Shown piece after piece: positions 1-8,010 of a DNA stretch of 24,478 nucleotides; position 1 is the first letter of the stretch; the number at the start of each line of letters is the position of its first letter. Source of the DNA: Christensenellaceae bacterium (lineage in GTDB: Bacteria; Bacillota; Clostridia; Christensenellales; SZUA-584); contig JAAXZP010000308.1 in NCBI GenBank assembly GCA_012719815.1, forward strand, positions 1 through 24,478. Reading direction: 5' to 3'. Made by a program: the position numbers and the translations under genes. The notes under the pieces are model-generated. The model had not been told where the DNA came from. It ran no database searches and saw only the letters and a list, made by a program, of their open reading frames with translations.

Positions 1-1
1 C

Positions 2-835
2 CCCACCTGCGTGCTGATCAACAACATCGACGACGACCATCTCGATTACTACAAGGATATCAACCACATCTATTCAGCGTTTGAAAAATTCGTGGCGCTG
101 ATGCCAGGGTCCGGCACGCTTTTTGCCAACGTGCACGACCCGCTGGTGCAAAAGCTTGCCACTTCCTGCGGCCGCCGCACCGTCACATACGGCTTTGAAG
201 GCGCGAACTACATTGCCGCCAACGAGGAATACGACACCATGGGCTGCGGCTCGTTCGACGCCGTCACGCCGGACGGCACGGTTCGGGTCAGGCTGTCTGT
301 CGTGGGCCGGCACAACATCAATAACGCGCTGGCCGCCATCGCGGTCTGCCACGACACGTTCGGCGTCGACCTTCATGACGCGGCCAAAGCGCTGACGCAT
401 TACCATCTGGCGGGCCGCCGTTTCGAGCTGATGGGCGAGAAGAACGGCGTTAAAGTCATCCACGCCTATGCCCACCACCCCGCCGAGATCATGGCGTGCC
501 TGCAGGCGGCAAAGCGCTACCCGCACAAAAAGATATGGGTGGTGTTCCAGTGCAACAGCTACACGCGCGCCAAAACGCTCAAAGACAAATACGCGACCAG
601 CTTTGGCGATGCGGATATGGTGCTGGTGCCGGATATATACCCGGGCCGCGATATCGACCGCGGCGAGATTCACGCACGAGATCTGGTGGCCGCCATCGCG
701 CCGCACACGCCGTGCATCTACATACCGACTTTTGAGGAGATCAGCGCATACCTTGATAAGCACGCCTCGCCCGGCGATATCGTGATCACGCTGGGCTCTG
801 GCAGCGTGGGCGTGGAAACGCGCAAACTGCTGTAA
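2..835 (+). CDS. murC: UDP-N-acetylmuramate--L-alanine ligase-like protein, 5'-truncated by the window edge
   Basis: Frame is open from nt 2. Mur ligase motifs NNIDDDHLDYY, GRHNINNALAA, RRFE, YAHHP and GDIVITLGSG. Some MurC motifs are divergent (see findings). Confidence 0.85.
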   Translation, partial: PTCVLINNIDDDHLDYYKDINHIYSAFEKFVALMPGSGTLFANVHDPLVQKLATSCGRRTVTYGFEGANYIAANEEYDTMGCGSFDAVTPDGTVRVRLSVVGRHNINNALAAIAVCHDTFGVDLHDAAKALTHYHLAGRRFELMGEKNGVKVIHAYAHHPAEIMACLQAAKRYPHKKIWVVFQCNSYTRAKTLKDKYATSFGDADMVLVPDIYPGRDIDRGEIHARDLVAAIAPHTPCIYIPTFEEISAYLDKHASPGDIVITLGSGSVGVETRKLL

Positions 836-851
836 TCAGGCGGCAATAAAT

Positions 852-884
852 AAGCGGCTCTGATGCATCATCAGGCCGCTTTTC
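852..884. terminator. Bidirectional intrinsic terminator between convergent murC and ligA
   Basis: AAGCGGC(852-858)/GCCGCTT(875-881) with inner TGATG/CATCA stem; T-run on the right and A-rich run on the left. Confidence 0.8.
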
Positions 885-908
885 TTATCCACTTTAATTG
901 CTCGCCGT

Positions 909-2867
909 TTATCGGATCATCTCATCGAATTCCGCTTCACTGATGATGCGCACGCCCAGCGCCTGCGCCTTCGCGAGCTTGCTGCCGGCGCTCTCACCCG
1001 CCAGCACAAAGTCTGTCGTTTTGCTGACTGACGAAGCCACTTCGCCGCCCAGCCGCTCGATGATCTCCGACGCTTGCTTGCGCGTATACTTCTCCAGCGT
1101 GCCGGTCAGCACCACCTTTTTGCCGGTAAATGCCGACTGCTTTACCGCCATCCGTTCAAACTTCGGGGATACCCCAGCTTCCTCCATCCGGCGGATGATG
1201 CGGCGCACTCTTTCGTCTTGGAAGAACTCCACGATATTGCGCGCCAGCGTGGGGCCCACGCCCTCGATGGTTAAAAGGTCTTCTTCCGTCGCTTCCGCCA
1301 GCGCATGGATGCTGCCGTAGCGCTGCGCGAGGTCCTTGCCCGTCTTGGAGCCGATGCCCGGAATGCCCAGCGCGTAGATGAATGCCGCTAGCGGCCGCGT
1401 CTTGCTGCGCTCAATCGCGGCGCGCAGGTTCTCAGCCTTTTTCTCGCCGAAGCCGGGCAGCTCTTTGATCTTCTCGTAATCCAGATAATACAGGTCGGAC
1501 ACGTCCGCAAGGCCCAAATGGTCGTACAGCGACTCCGCGGTCCTGTCGGAAAACGTCTCGATGTTCATCGCGTCGCGCGATGCGAAGTGCGCAATCGCGC
1601 GCGTGAGCTGCGGGCGGCACAGCAGCATGTTCTCGCAATAAAGGTGCGCGCCCTTTTCTATTACCGGATGCCCGCACGCCGGACAGACCTCAGGCGGCTC
1701 GATGTCCCTGGATTCGGGCAGGTATTCCGCCACGCCCAGTATCTCGGGAATCACGTCGCCCGAGCGGCGCAGAAACACGCGGCACGGCACTTTTATTCCC
1801 TTGCGCCTGATATCGCCCATGTTGTTGAGCGTCGCGCGCGATACCGACACGCCCCCGATATCCACCGGCTCCAGCACAGCGGCCGGCGTCAGCTTGCCGG
1901 TGCGCCCCACCTGCCAAATTACATCCAGCAGCGTGGTCGTCTTCTCCACCGCGGCGAATTTATAAGCCACAGCCCAGCGCGGGAACTTCTGCGTGAATCC
2001 CAGCCGCTCGCGCACGGCGTAGCTGTCAATCTTGATCACCGCGCCGTCGATCAGAAAATCCAGGCTGTCCCTGTTCTTCTCGGCCTGTTTTACCGCCGCC
2101 ATCACTTCGTCCAGCGAGTGTGCGGTGACGGCAAAATCGCTGACGGGGAAATGGTTTTCCCGAAGGAATTCCAGCATCTCGCGGTGGCTGGTCAGCGGTG
2201 CGCCGTCCTTATAGCCCACGCCGTAGCACACCAAACTCAGCTTTCTGCGTGCGGTCTCCGCCGGATCCAGGTTGCGCAGCGCGCCAGCCGCGGCGTTGCG
2301 CGCGTTTTTGAGCGGCTCATCCGCCGTCTCGTTATATTTTTTGAGCTGAGACAGGCGCATCAGGCCTTCGCCCTGCACTTCCAGCAGCCCTTTGTACGGT
2401 ATGGACAGCGGCACTGTGGGGATCGTCATCACCTGCCGCGTGATCACCTCGCCCACGCTGCCGTCGCCCCGCGTAGCCGCGGAAACAAGAAGGCCGCCTT
2501 CGTAGCGCAGGTTCACCGTCAGACCGTCGTACTTGTACTCCACGACATAGGTATACCGCTCGTCCACGATCTTTTTCGCGCGCTGCTCCCACGCCGCCAG
2601 CTCTTCCGGCGTGCGCACCTTGTCCAGGCTGTACAGCGGCGTTAGGTGCGCCTGTTTTTCAAATCCGGGCAGCACGTCTCCGCCCACGCGCCTGGTGGGC
2701 GAATCGGCACGGACATACCCCGTCTCCGATTCCAGCGCCACCAGCTCATCGTACATCGCGTCGTATTCCGCGTCGCTGATAATGGGATCGTCCAGCGTGT
2801 AATACCGATAGGCATGCAGATTGAGCTGCTCCACCAGCTCGTCGATTCGCCTTTTCCTGTCGTCCAT
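909..2867 (-). CDS. ligA: NAD-dependent DNA ligase
   Basis: YYTLDDPIISDAEYD, adenylation motif EYKYDG, PRWAVAYKF, VGRTGKLTP, Zn finger CPACG..C..C, HhH repeats and C-terminal BRCT domain. Confidence 0.98.
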   Translation of the reverse strand: MDDRKRRIDELVEQLNLHAYRYYTLDDPIISDAEYDAMYDELVALESETGYVRADSPTRRVGGDVLPGFEKQAHLTPLYSLDKVRTPEELAAWEQRAKKIVDERYTYVVEYKYDGLTVNLRYEGGLLVSAATRGDGSVGEVITRQVMTIPTVPLSIPYKGLLEVQGEGLMRLSQLKKYNETADEPLKNARNAAAGALRNLDPAETARRKLSLVCYGVGYKDGAPLTSHREMLEFLRENHFPVSDFAVTAHSLDEVMAAVKQAEKNRDSLDFLIDGAVIKIDSYAVRERLGFTQKFPRWAVAYKFAAVEKTTTLLDVIWQVGRTGKLTPAAVLEPVDIGGVSVSRATLNNMGDIRRKGIKVPCRVFLRRSGDVIPEILGVAEYLPESRDIEPPEVCPACGHPVIEKGAHLYCENMLLCRPQLTRAIAHFASRDAMNIETFSDRTAESLYDHLGLADVSDLYYLDYEKIKELPGFGEKKAENLRAAIERSKTRPLAAFIYALGIPGIGSKTGKDLAQRYGSIHALAEATEEDLLTIEGVGPTLARNIVEFFQDERVRRIIRRMEEAGVSPKFERMAVKQSAFTGKKVVLTGTLEKYTRKQASEIIERLGGEVASSVSKTTDFVLAGESAGSKLAKAQALGVRIISEAEFDEMIR

Positions 2868-2879
2868 ACGCTATACCTT

Positions 2880-5090
2880 TTACTCAATTTCAAGCGGCGC
2901 AAACGCCACAAACATCTTCTTTTCCCCCGCGGTATCGAAACGCACCACCGCAATCTTCTCGTCGCCTTCGCCGTTGGTAAACAGTATCTGCCCGCGGCCG
3001 AACTTAGGGTGCGTCACCACCCGGCCTGCCGCAAACTCGTCCGGCGTATGCCGCGCCTTGGACTTTGGCGCCGCCGCCTTGGGCATCTGGACCCGGCCCG
3101 AAGCGAACGAATACGGGCTGCGGCTAGCCGGCTCGTATGAGGTATACGACGGCGCATGGCGCCTGACGCCCGCCGGCTCTATGCAGCCCTCGGGTATCTC
3201 CGACAGAAAGCGCGACCGCTTGGCTTCCACCCGCTCAAACCCCGCTCCGGTGCGGATCATTCGGGACGAGCTCCATGTGAGATACAGTCGTTTCTTCGCG
3301 CGCGTCATGCCCACGTAGCACAGTCGCCGCTCTTCCTCCACGTCGCCTTCCATCAGGCTGATCTGGTGCGGCAGCAAGCCTTCCTGCATGCCCACAATGA
3401 ACACCACCGGAAATTCCAGGCCTTTGGCACTGTGCAGCGTCATCAGCATGATCTTGCCGTCCTCTTCGCCCACCGCGTCCACATCGGATATCAGCGCGTT
3501 GCGCTCCAGAAACGCCTCCAGCGAAGCGCCTTCCCCCGATTCCCGCTCGAAGTCGGACACGCTGCGCAAAAACTCCTCCACATTGAGCACGCGCATGCGC
3601 CCTTCCGCGGAAGTGTCGGTCATCAGCGCCGCGCGCAAACCGGACCGCTCCACCACGAGCTCCACCGTCTGCAGCAGCGTGCGTTCCTCCATCCCGGCGG
3701 CGATACCCTCCAGCATATCCGCAAACGCCTTCAGAGTATCAGCAGCCCTTTTGGGCAGTATGCTCTCCGCTTCGCGGCACATGCGCATCAGCGAAATACG
3801 CCTCTCCTGCGCCGCCGCATATAGTTTTCCCAGCGACGCTTCGCCGATACCGCGCCGGGGCACCTGCACCGCGCGCATGAAGCACAGGTCCGCGCTGGGG
3901 TTCACCAAGAGGTTAAGATACGCCAGAACGTCCTTAATCTCCTTGCGCTCGTAGAAGCTCTGGCCGCCGTAAATCGCGTACGGTATGCCGCGCTCCTTCA
4001 GCTTGTTTTCCAGCACGCGCGACTGGCTGTTCATGCGGTAGAGCACCGCAATATCGGTGGCGGAATATTTGCCCTCGCGCAGCAGGCTGGCCACCTTTTC
4101 GGCCACGAACTGCGCCTCCTCCAGATCGCTCTCCGCCTGCAACTCCAGCGGTTTCTGGCCGGTCCTCACCGCCGACCACAGCTCCTTGCCCATCCGCGAC
4201 CGGTTGTGCCGGATCACGCCGTTGGCCGCGTCCAGTATGCCCTGGTGCGAGCGGTAATTCTGCTCCAAGCGTATCACGCGCGTGCCCGGAAAGTCCTTCT
4301 CAAAGTCCAGTATGTTGGAGATGTCCGCGCCGCGCCAGCCGTAGATGGACTGGTCGTCGTCGCCCACCACGAATATGTTGCCGTGGGCCTGCGCCAAGAG
4401 CCTGACGATGCGGTACTGCACCGCGTTGGTGTCCTGGTACTCGTCCACCATGATATAACGGAAACGGCGCTGGTATTTCTCCAGCACCTCCGGATATTCG
4501 TCAAACAGCAGCAGCGTTTTGAGCAGCAGGTCGTCAAAATCCATCGCGTTGCTTTGGCGCAGCTTGTCCTCGTAGCGCGCGTACACGCGGGCCGTCAGCT
4601 TGACGTTGTCGCCTTCACCGTACACCTGCCGGTACTGCGCGGGGCTGACGCCATCGTTCTTGGCCCGGCTTATTGCGTTGCGCGCTCCGCGCGGGTCAAT
4701 GAGGTCCTTGTCGATATCCAGTTCCTTTAAACATTCCTTGACCACGGTCAGCGCGTCTTCCGCGTCGTATATGGAAAAGCCGCGGGCGTACCCCAGCCGC
4801 TCGCCCTCCATGCGCAGCAGCCGGGCGCACATCGCGTGGAATGTGGAAACCCATATGTCCTGCGCGTCCGGAACCAGCGCCTCGATGCGCTGCTTCATCT
4901 CCGCCGCCGCCTTGTTGGTAAACGTGATCGCCAGAATATTCCATGGCGCAACGCCCCGTTCTATCAAATATGCCGCCCTGGTGGTCAGCACGCGCGTTTT
5001 GCCGGAGCCTGCGCCCGCCAGCACCAGCACCGGTCCTTCCGGCTGCAATACCGCCTCCCGCTGTCTTTCATTCAGTCCGCTGAGATCCAT
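2880..5090 (-). CDS. pcrA: ATP-dependent DNA helicase PcrA/UvrD
   Basis: LNERQREAV, AGAGSGKT, VDEYQDTN, VGDDDQSIYGWRGA, LEQNYRS, MTLHSAKGLEFP, EERRLCYVGMTRA and C-terminal HPKFG domain. Confidence 0.97.
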   Translation of the reverse strand: MDLSGLNERQREAVLQPEGPVLVLAGAGSGKTRVLTTRAAYLIERGVAPWNILAITFTNKAAAEMKQRIEALVPDAQDIWVSTFHAMCARLLRMEGERLGYARGFSIYDAEDALTVVKECLKELDIDKDLIDPRGARNAISRAKNDGVSPAQYRQVYGEGDNVKLTARVYARYEDKLRQSNAMDFDDLLLKTLLLFDEYPEVLEKYQRRFRYIMVDEYQDTNAVQYRIVRLLAQAHGNIFVVGDDDQSIYGWRGADISNILDFEKDFPGTRVIRLEQNYRSHQGILDAANGVIRHNRSRMGKELWSAVRTGQKPLELQAESDLEEAQFVAEKVASLLREGKYSATDIAVLYRMNSQSRVLENKLKERGIPYAIYGGQSFYERKEIKDVLAYLNLLVNPSADLCFMRAVQVPRRGIGEASLGKLYAAAQERRISLMRMCREAESILPKRAADTLKAFADMLEGIAAGMEERTLLQTVELVVERSGLRAALMTDTSAEGRMRVLNVEEFLRSVSDFERESGEGASLEAFLERNALISDVDAVGEEDGKIMLMTLHSAKGLEFPVVFIVGMQEGLLPHQISLMEGDVEEERRLCYVGMTRAKKRLYLTWSSSRMIRTGAGFERVEAKRSRFLSEIPEGCIEPAGVRRHAPSYTSYEPASRSPYSFASGRVQMPKAAAPKSKARHTPDEFAAGRVVTHPKFGRGQILFTNGEGDEKIAVVRFDTAGEKKMFVAFAPLEIE

Positions 5091-5385
5091 CTGCCCTCCC
5101 TGATAGTCGTTCCACCACCATGTTGTATCCGCCCGTGCCGTACAGCAGGCACCGGTTCACCCGGCTGATCGTCGCCGTGCTCGCGCCTGTCTGCGTGGAG
5201 ATATCGTGGCAGGTGTGCTTGTCCTTCAGCAGCGCCGCCACCTTGAACCGCTGCGCGATGGAATTGAGCTCGGAAATCGTACACAGGTCCTCGAAGAACA
5301 TGTAGCATTCCTCCACCGACTTCAGCGTCAGTATTCCCTCAAACAGCCTGTCCAGATCCTGGGATTTGAGCTTCGATTCGTACAT
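5068..5385 (-). CDS. yerC: YerC/YecD family TrpR-related protein
   Basis: EECYMFFEDLCTISEL, AQRFKVA, TGASTATISRVNRCL..G.GGY. Overlaps the pcrA start by 23 nt; yerC is known to lie near pcrA-ligA in Bacillota. Confidence 0.9.
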   Translation of the reverse strand: MYESKLKSQDLDRLFEGILTLKSVEECYMFFEDLCTISELNSIAQRFKVAALLKDKHTCHDISTQTGASTATISRVNRCLLYGTGGYNMVVERLSGRADGSQRTE

Positions 5386-5395
5386 AACAGCCTCC

Positions 5396-6148
5396 TCATT
5401 CCACGCTGTTGCGCAATGTTTCCAGCCCGTCTATGCGGATTTCCACCACGCCGCCGCGCCGAAGCGGCCCGACGCCTTCCGGCGTGCCCGTCGCAATGAT
5501 ATCTCCGGGCAGCAGCGTCATGCACTCGCTGATGAAGCTGACCAGCTCCGCGGGGCTGAACAGCATGTCGTCCGTGTTCCCTTCCTGTCTGACAACACCG
5601 TCTACCACGCACTGCACGCGCCGCCCCGCCGGGTTGTACGCCGTATCGATATACGGCCCCACCGGGCAAAAGGTGTCGAAGGATTTGGCGCGCGTCCACT
5701 GCACGTCCGCTTTCTGCAGGTCCCTTGCGGTTACGTCGTTCAAAGCCGTGTAGCCGAATATGTAGTCCGGCGCTTCCTCCGGCGATACGCCCTTGCACTT
5801 TTTGCCGATCACCAGGGCCAGCTCCGCCTCGTAGTCCACCCGCTGCGACGCCGCTGGCCAGACAATCGCTTCCCCGTGTGCGATCAGCGACGTCGGGGGC
5901 TTTATAAACAGTACCGGTTTTCCGGCCAGCCTCACTTTCATCTCAACGGCATGCTTGGCGTAATTCAGCCCCACCGCCACAATCTTCGTGGGCTCGCACG
6001 GCGGCAGCAGCTTCACCTCAGCCGGGTCATACTCGTCGCCGGTATATACGGCCCCTTCGTACGGCGGCCCGGCCAGACGCTTGATGCGGCCGTCAGCCAG
6101 TTCCGCGTAAAAAGCCTCTTTATCCCGGCACGCTCTCAGAAATAACAT
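5396..6148 (-). CDS. Fumarylacetoacetate hydrolase (FAH) family protein
   Basis: PTKIVAVGLNY, LFIKP, VDYEAEL, NDVTARDLQ, WTRAKSFDTFCPVGP and GDIIATGTPEGVG. Start trimmed to the ATG at 6148, preceded by AAGGA. Confidence 0.92.
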   Translation of the reverse strand: MLFLRACRDKEAFYAELADGRIKRLAGPPYEGAVYTGDEYDPAEVKLLPPCEPTKIVAVGLNYAKHAVEMKVRLAGKPVLFIKPPTSLIAHGEAIVWPAASQRVDYEAELALVIGKKCKGVSPEEAPDYIFGYTALNDVTARDLQKADVQWTRAKSFDTFCPVGPYIDTAYNPAGRRVQCVVDGVVRQEGNTDDMLFSPAELVSFISECMTLLPGDIIATGTPEGVGPLRRGGVVEIRIDGLETLRNSVE

Positions 6149-6186
6149 ACTACTATCCTTATCCGCATAATGAGCACAAAAAAACA

Positions 6187-6213
6187 TAAGAGCTTGGCTC
6201 TTACATTTTAACA
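6187..6213 (-). promoter_or_regulatory. Extended -10 promoter (TGtTAAAAT) with adjacent palindrome TAAGAGC-N3-GCTCTTA
   Basis: Minus strand reads TG-T-TAAAAT at 6213-6205. The inverted repeat 6187-6203 covers the expected +1 of the FAH-yerC-pcrA-ligA operon. Confidence 0.45.
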
Positions 6214-6329
6214 TACTATCACATAATACAAAAGGCCGTTATTCGGCGGGCGCATACAGCTTATCCCACGCCGCAGCGCCGGACGCCGAAAGTCGCCTGC
6301 GGCGCGTACAGGCTGATCAGCATACGCCG

Positions 6330-6932
6330 TCATTCGGTCTCTTTGTATATCTTCGCGACGGACACCTCGTACGCCGTGCGTGTCACGACTTCGCCGGTCT
6401 CCAGCTTCTTCTCGTAGTCGCGGGACTGCACTCGGCCGCTCATCACCACCTTGTCTCCCACCTCCAGGCCGGAGGCGTAGCGCGCGTTGCGGCCCCACAC
6501 GATGCAGGGGATATAGTCGGACTTGTTGTAAGCCCGGTTTACCGCCACCAGAAGGTCGGTGATCTCCCGGCCGAACGGCGTCACTCGAAACACCGGCGGC
6601 TTGCATAGAAAGCCCTTCAGCTCAATCTCATTGACCGAGTCCTCGTAGTCCGTGAGTTCCCGCGCGAATATCGTGAGATACAGCCGCACCCGGCCGTCCA
6701 CCAGCTTGTTATACGAGCGCAGCTGACCTTTAACGCCCACTTTGGCGCCGTCCGCCAAGGGGTGTTGCTCCAGCAGATGCTCGGATACCGTCACCGGCAG
6801 TATATCGACCTTCTCGCTGAGCCGCGCACACGTCAGCCAGAACGTATAGAAGGCTTCGCCGTATATCCTGTGCGACAGCGTGAGTCCGCTCAAAGATCCC
6901 GAAACGCTGACGCTGTTCGTCGTCTCCAGCAT
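6330..6932 (-). CDS. Single-stranded DNA-binding protein with two OB folds
   Basis: Two SSB-like halves (NSVSVSG...GQLRSYNK and NEIELKGFLCKPPVFRVTPFGREITDLLVAVNRAYNKSDYIPCIVWGRNA...GRVQSRDY). Start set at ATG 6932 after a GGGGA RBS. Confidence 0.88.
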   Translation of the reverse strand: MLETTNSVSVSGSLSGLTLSHRIYGEAFYTFWLTCARLSEKVDILPVTVSEHLLEQHPLADGAKVGVKGQLRSYNKLVDGRVRLYLTIFARELTDYEDSVNEIELKGFLCKPPVFRVTPFGREITDLLVAVNRAYNKSDYIPCIVWGRNARYASGLEVGDKVVMSGRVQSRDYEKKLETGEVVTRTAYEVSVAKIYKETE

Positions 6933-6971
6933 ATGTATCCCCATGTATTCAGCTTGTTATATACTTGCTCG

Positions 6972-7748
6972 TCATTCGATATAGTAGCGCTGTGTTCCCG
7001 TCGCATCCACGATCGCGTCGCCGTCCAGCAGCAGGTCGGACAGCGGCACGATGTTAAATCCCTGCTCGCGCAGCCCCAGTATCACGGCGGAAAGCGCCTC
7101 GGGCGTCGCAGCGACATTGTTCTGGAACATGATGATGTCGCCGCTTTTTACCGACCGCAGCACATTGTCCGCAATCTTTGCCGCGTCGTAGCCCTTCCAG
7201 TCCTTGGAGTCCAGGCTCCACTTGACGGGGATATACCCATCTTCCTTCAACGTGGCGATGGTCTTGTCGTCAAAAGCGCCGTACGGCATGCGGATGACGG
7301 ACGTGTCAAAGCCCGTCTTGTCAAATATCAGCTTCTTGGCCGCGTTGGCGTCCGCTATGATCTCTTCCGCTGTCAAATCCGGATACCGCGTGTGGTTCAT
7401 CGAATGGCTGGCGATCTCGTTGCCGCTTTTCGCAATGGCATCCAGCGCCTTGGCGTTCTGGTTGGCCCACAGGCCCATCACAAAGAAAGTGGCCTTTGCG
7501 CTCTCGCTGTCCAGCACATCCAGTATTTCCTCCGTGTAGTCCGCATCGCCGAAAGCCGTGTCAATCGTCAGCGCCACTGCTTTTTCCCTGGTATCCACGC
7601 GGCATATGGGCATTAGCTCCGGGGTGGGAGAGGACACCGGCCTCGCGGCCGACAGCGCCAACTGCGTATACACGATGGCTCCGATGATGAGCAGGGCAAA
7701 TACCGCCGCCCGTATCAGAGTATTCTTTTTCACGACGAATATGCGCAT
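6972..7748 (-). CDS. Membrane-anchored CE4 polysaccharide deacetylase-like protein (PdaB/YlxY-like, probably sporulation-related)
   Basis: N-terminal TM helix, VALTIDT, KATFFVMG.W, EIASHSMNH, RMPYG, KWSLDSKDW and GDIIMFQN. Confidence 0.85.
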   Translation of the reverse strand: MRIFVVKKNTLIRAAVFALLIIGAIVYTQLALSAARPVSSPTPELMPICRVDTREKAVALTIDTAFGDADYTEEILDVLDSESAKATFFVMGLWANQNAKALDAIAKSGNEIASHSMNHTRYPDLTAEEIIADANAAKKLIFDKTGFDTSVIRMPYGAFDDKTIATLKEDGYIPVKWSLDSKDWKGYDAAKIADNVLRSVKSGDIIMFQNNVAATPEALSAVILGLREQGFNIVPLSDLLLDGDAIVDATGTQRYYIE

Positions 7749-7792
7749 AACAACACCGCCTTAACAGTCGAATTGAATATAGAATATAGTAA

Positions 7793-7821
7793 TAAGTATT
7801 GTGTAAACGGCGCGTTTATGC
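7793..7821 (-). promoter_or_regulatory. Possible SigE-type sporulation promoter
   Basis: Minus strand GCATAAA-N14-AATACTTA upstream of the deacetylase gene. The spacing fits SigE but the -10 match is only partial. Confidence 0.3.
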
Positions 7822-7956
7822 TTGACCCGCCAAATATGGCAACCCCAGCCTGTGATTGTTTGCTTAATACGGCAAACAAAAAGCCTCGCGGCAATCCACG
7901 TCGGTTCTAGGCTACACAGAACTGCAGTCTGGCAGAAAACGCAGGTTTTTTTGGCA

Positions 7957-7989
7957 AACTAAAAACCGCCATGACAGCTCTCACGGCGG
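7957..7989 (-). terminator. Intrinsic terminator of pnp
   Basis: Minus strand CCGCCGTGA-GAGCTG-TCATGGCGG followed by TTTTTAGTTT. Confidence 0.85.
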
Positions 7990-8010
7990 CTAAGCGCTAT
8001 GCAGTCTTTA

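Noticed and set aside
885-893. DnaA-box-like TTATCCACT
   Set aside because: Single box with one mismatch beside a terminator; no cluster or origin context.
6149-6214. N-terminal extension of the FAH ORF to 6214
   Set aside because: AT-rich, overlaps the predicted promoter, and a better RBS precedes the ATG at 6148.
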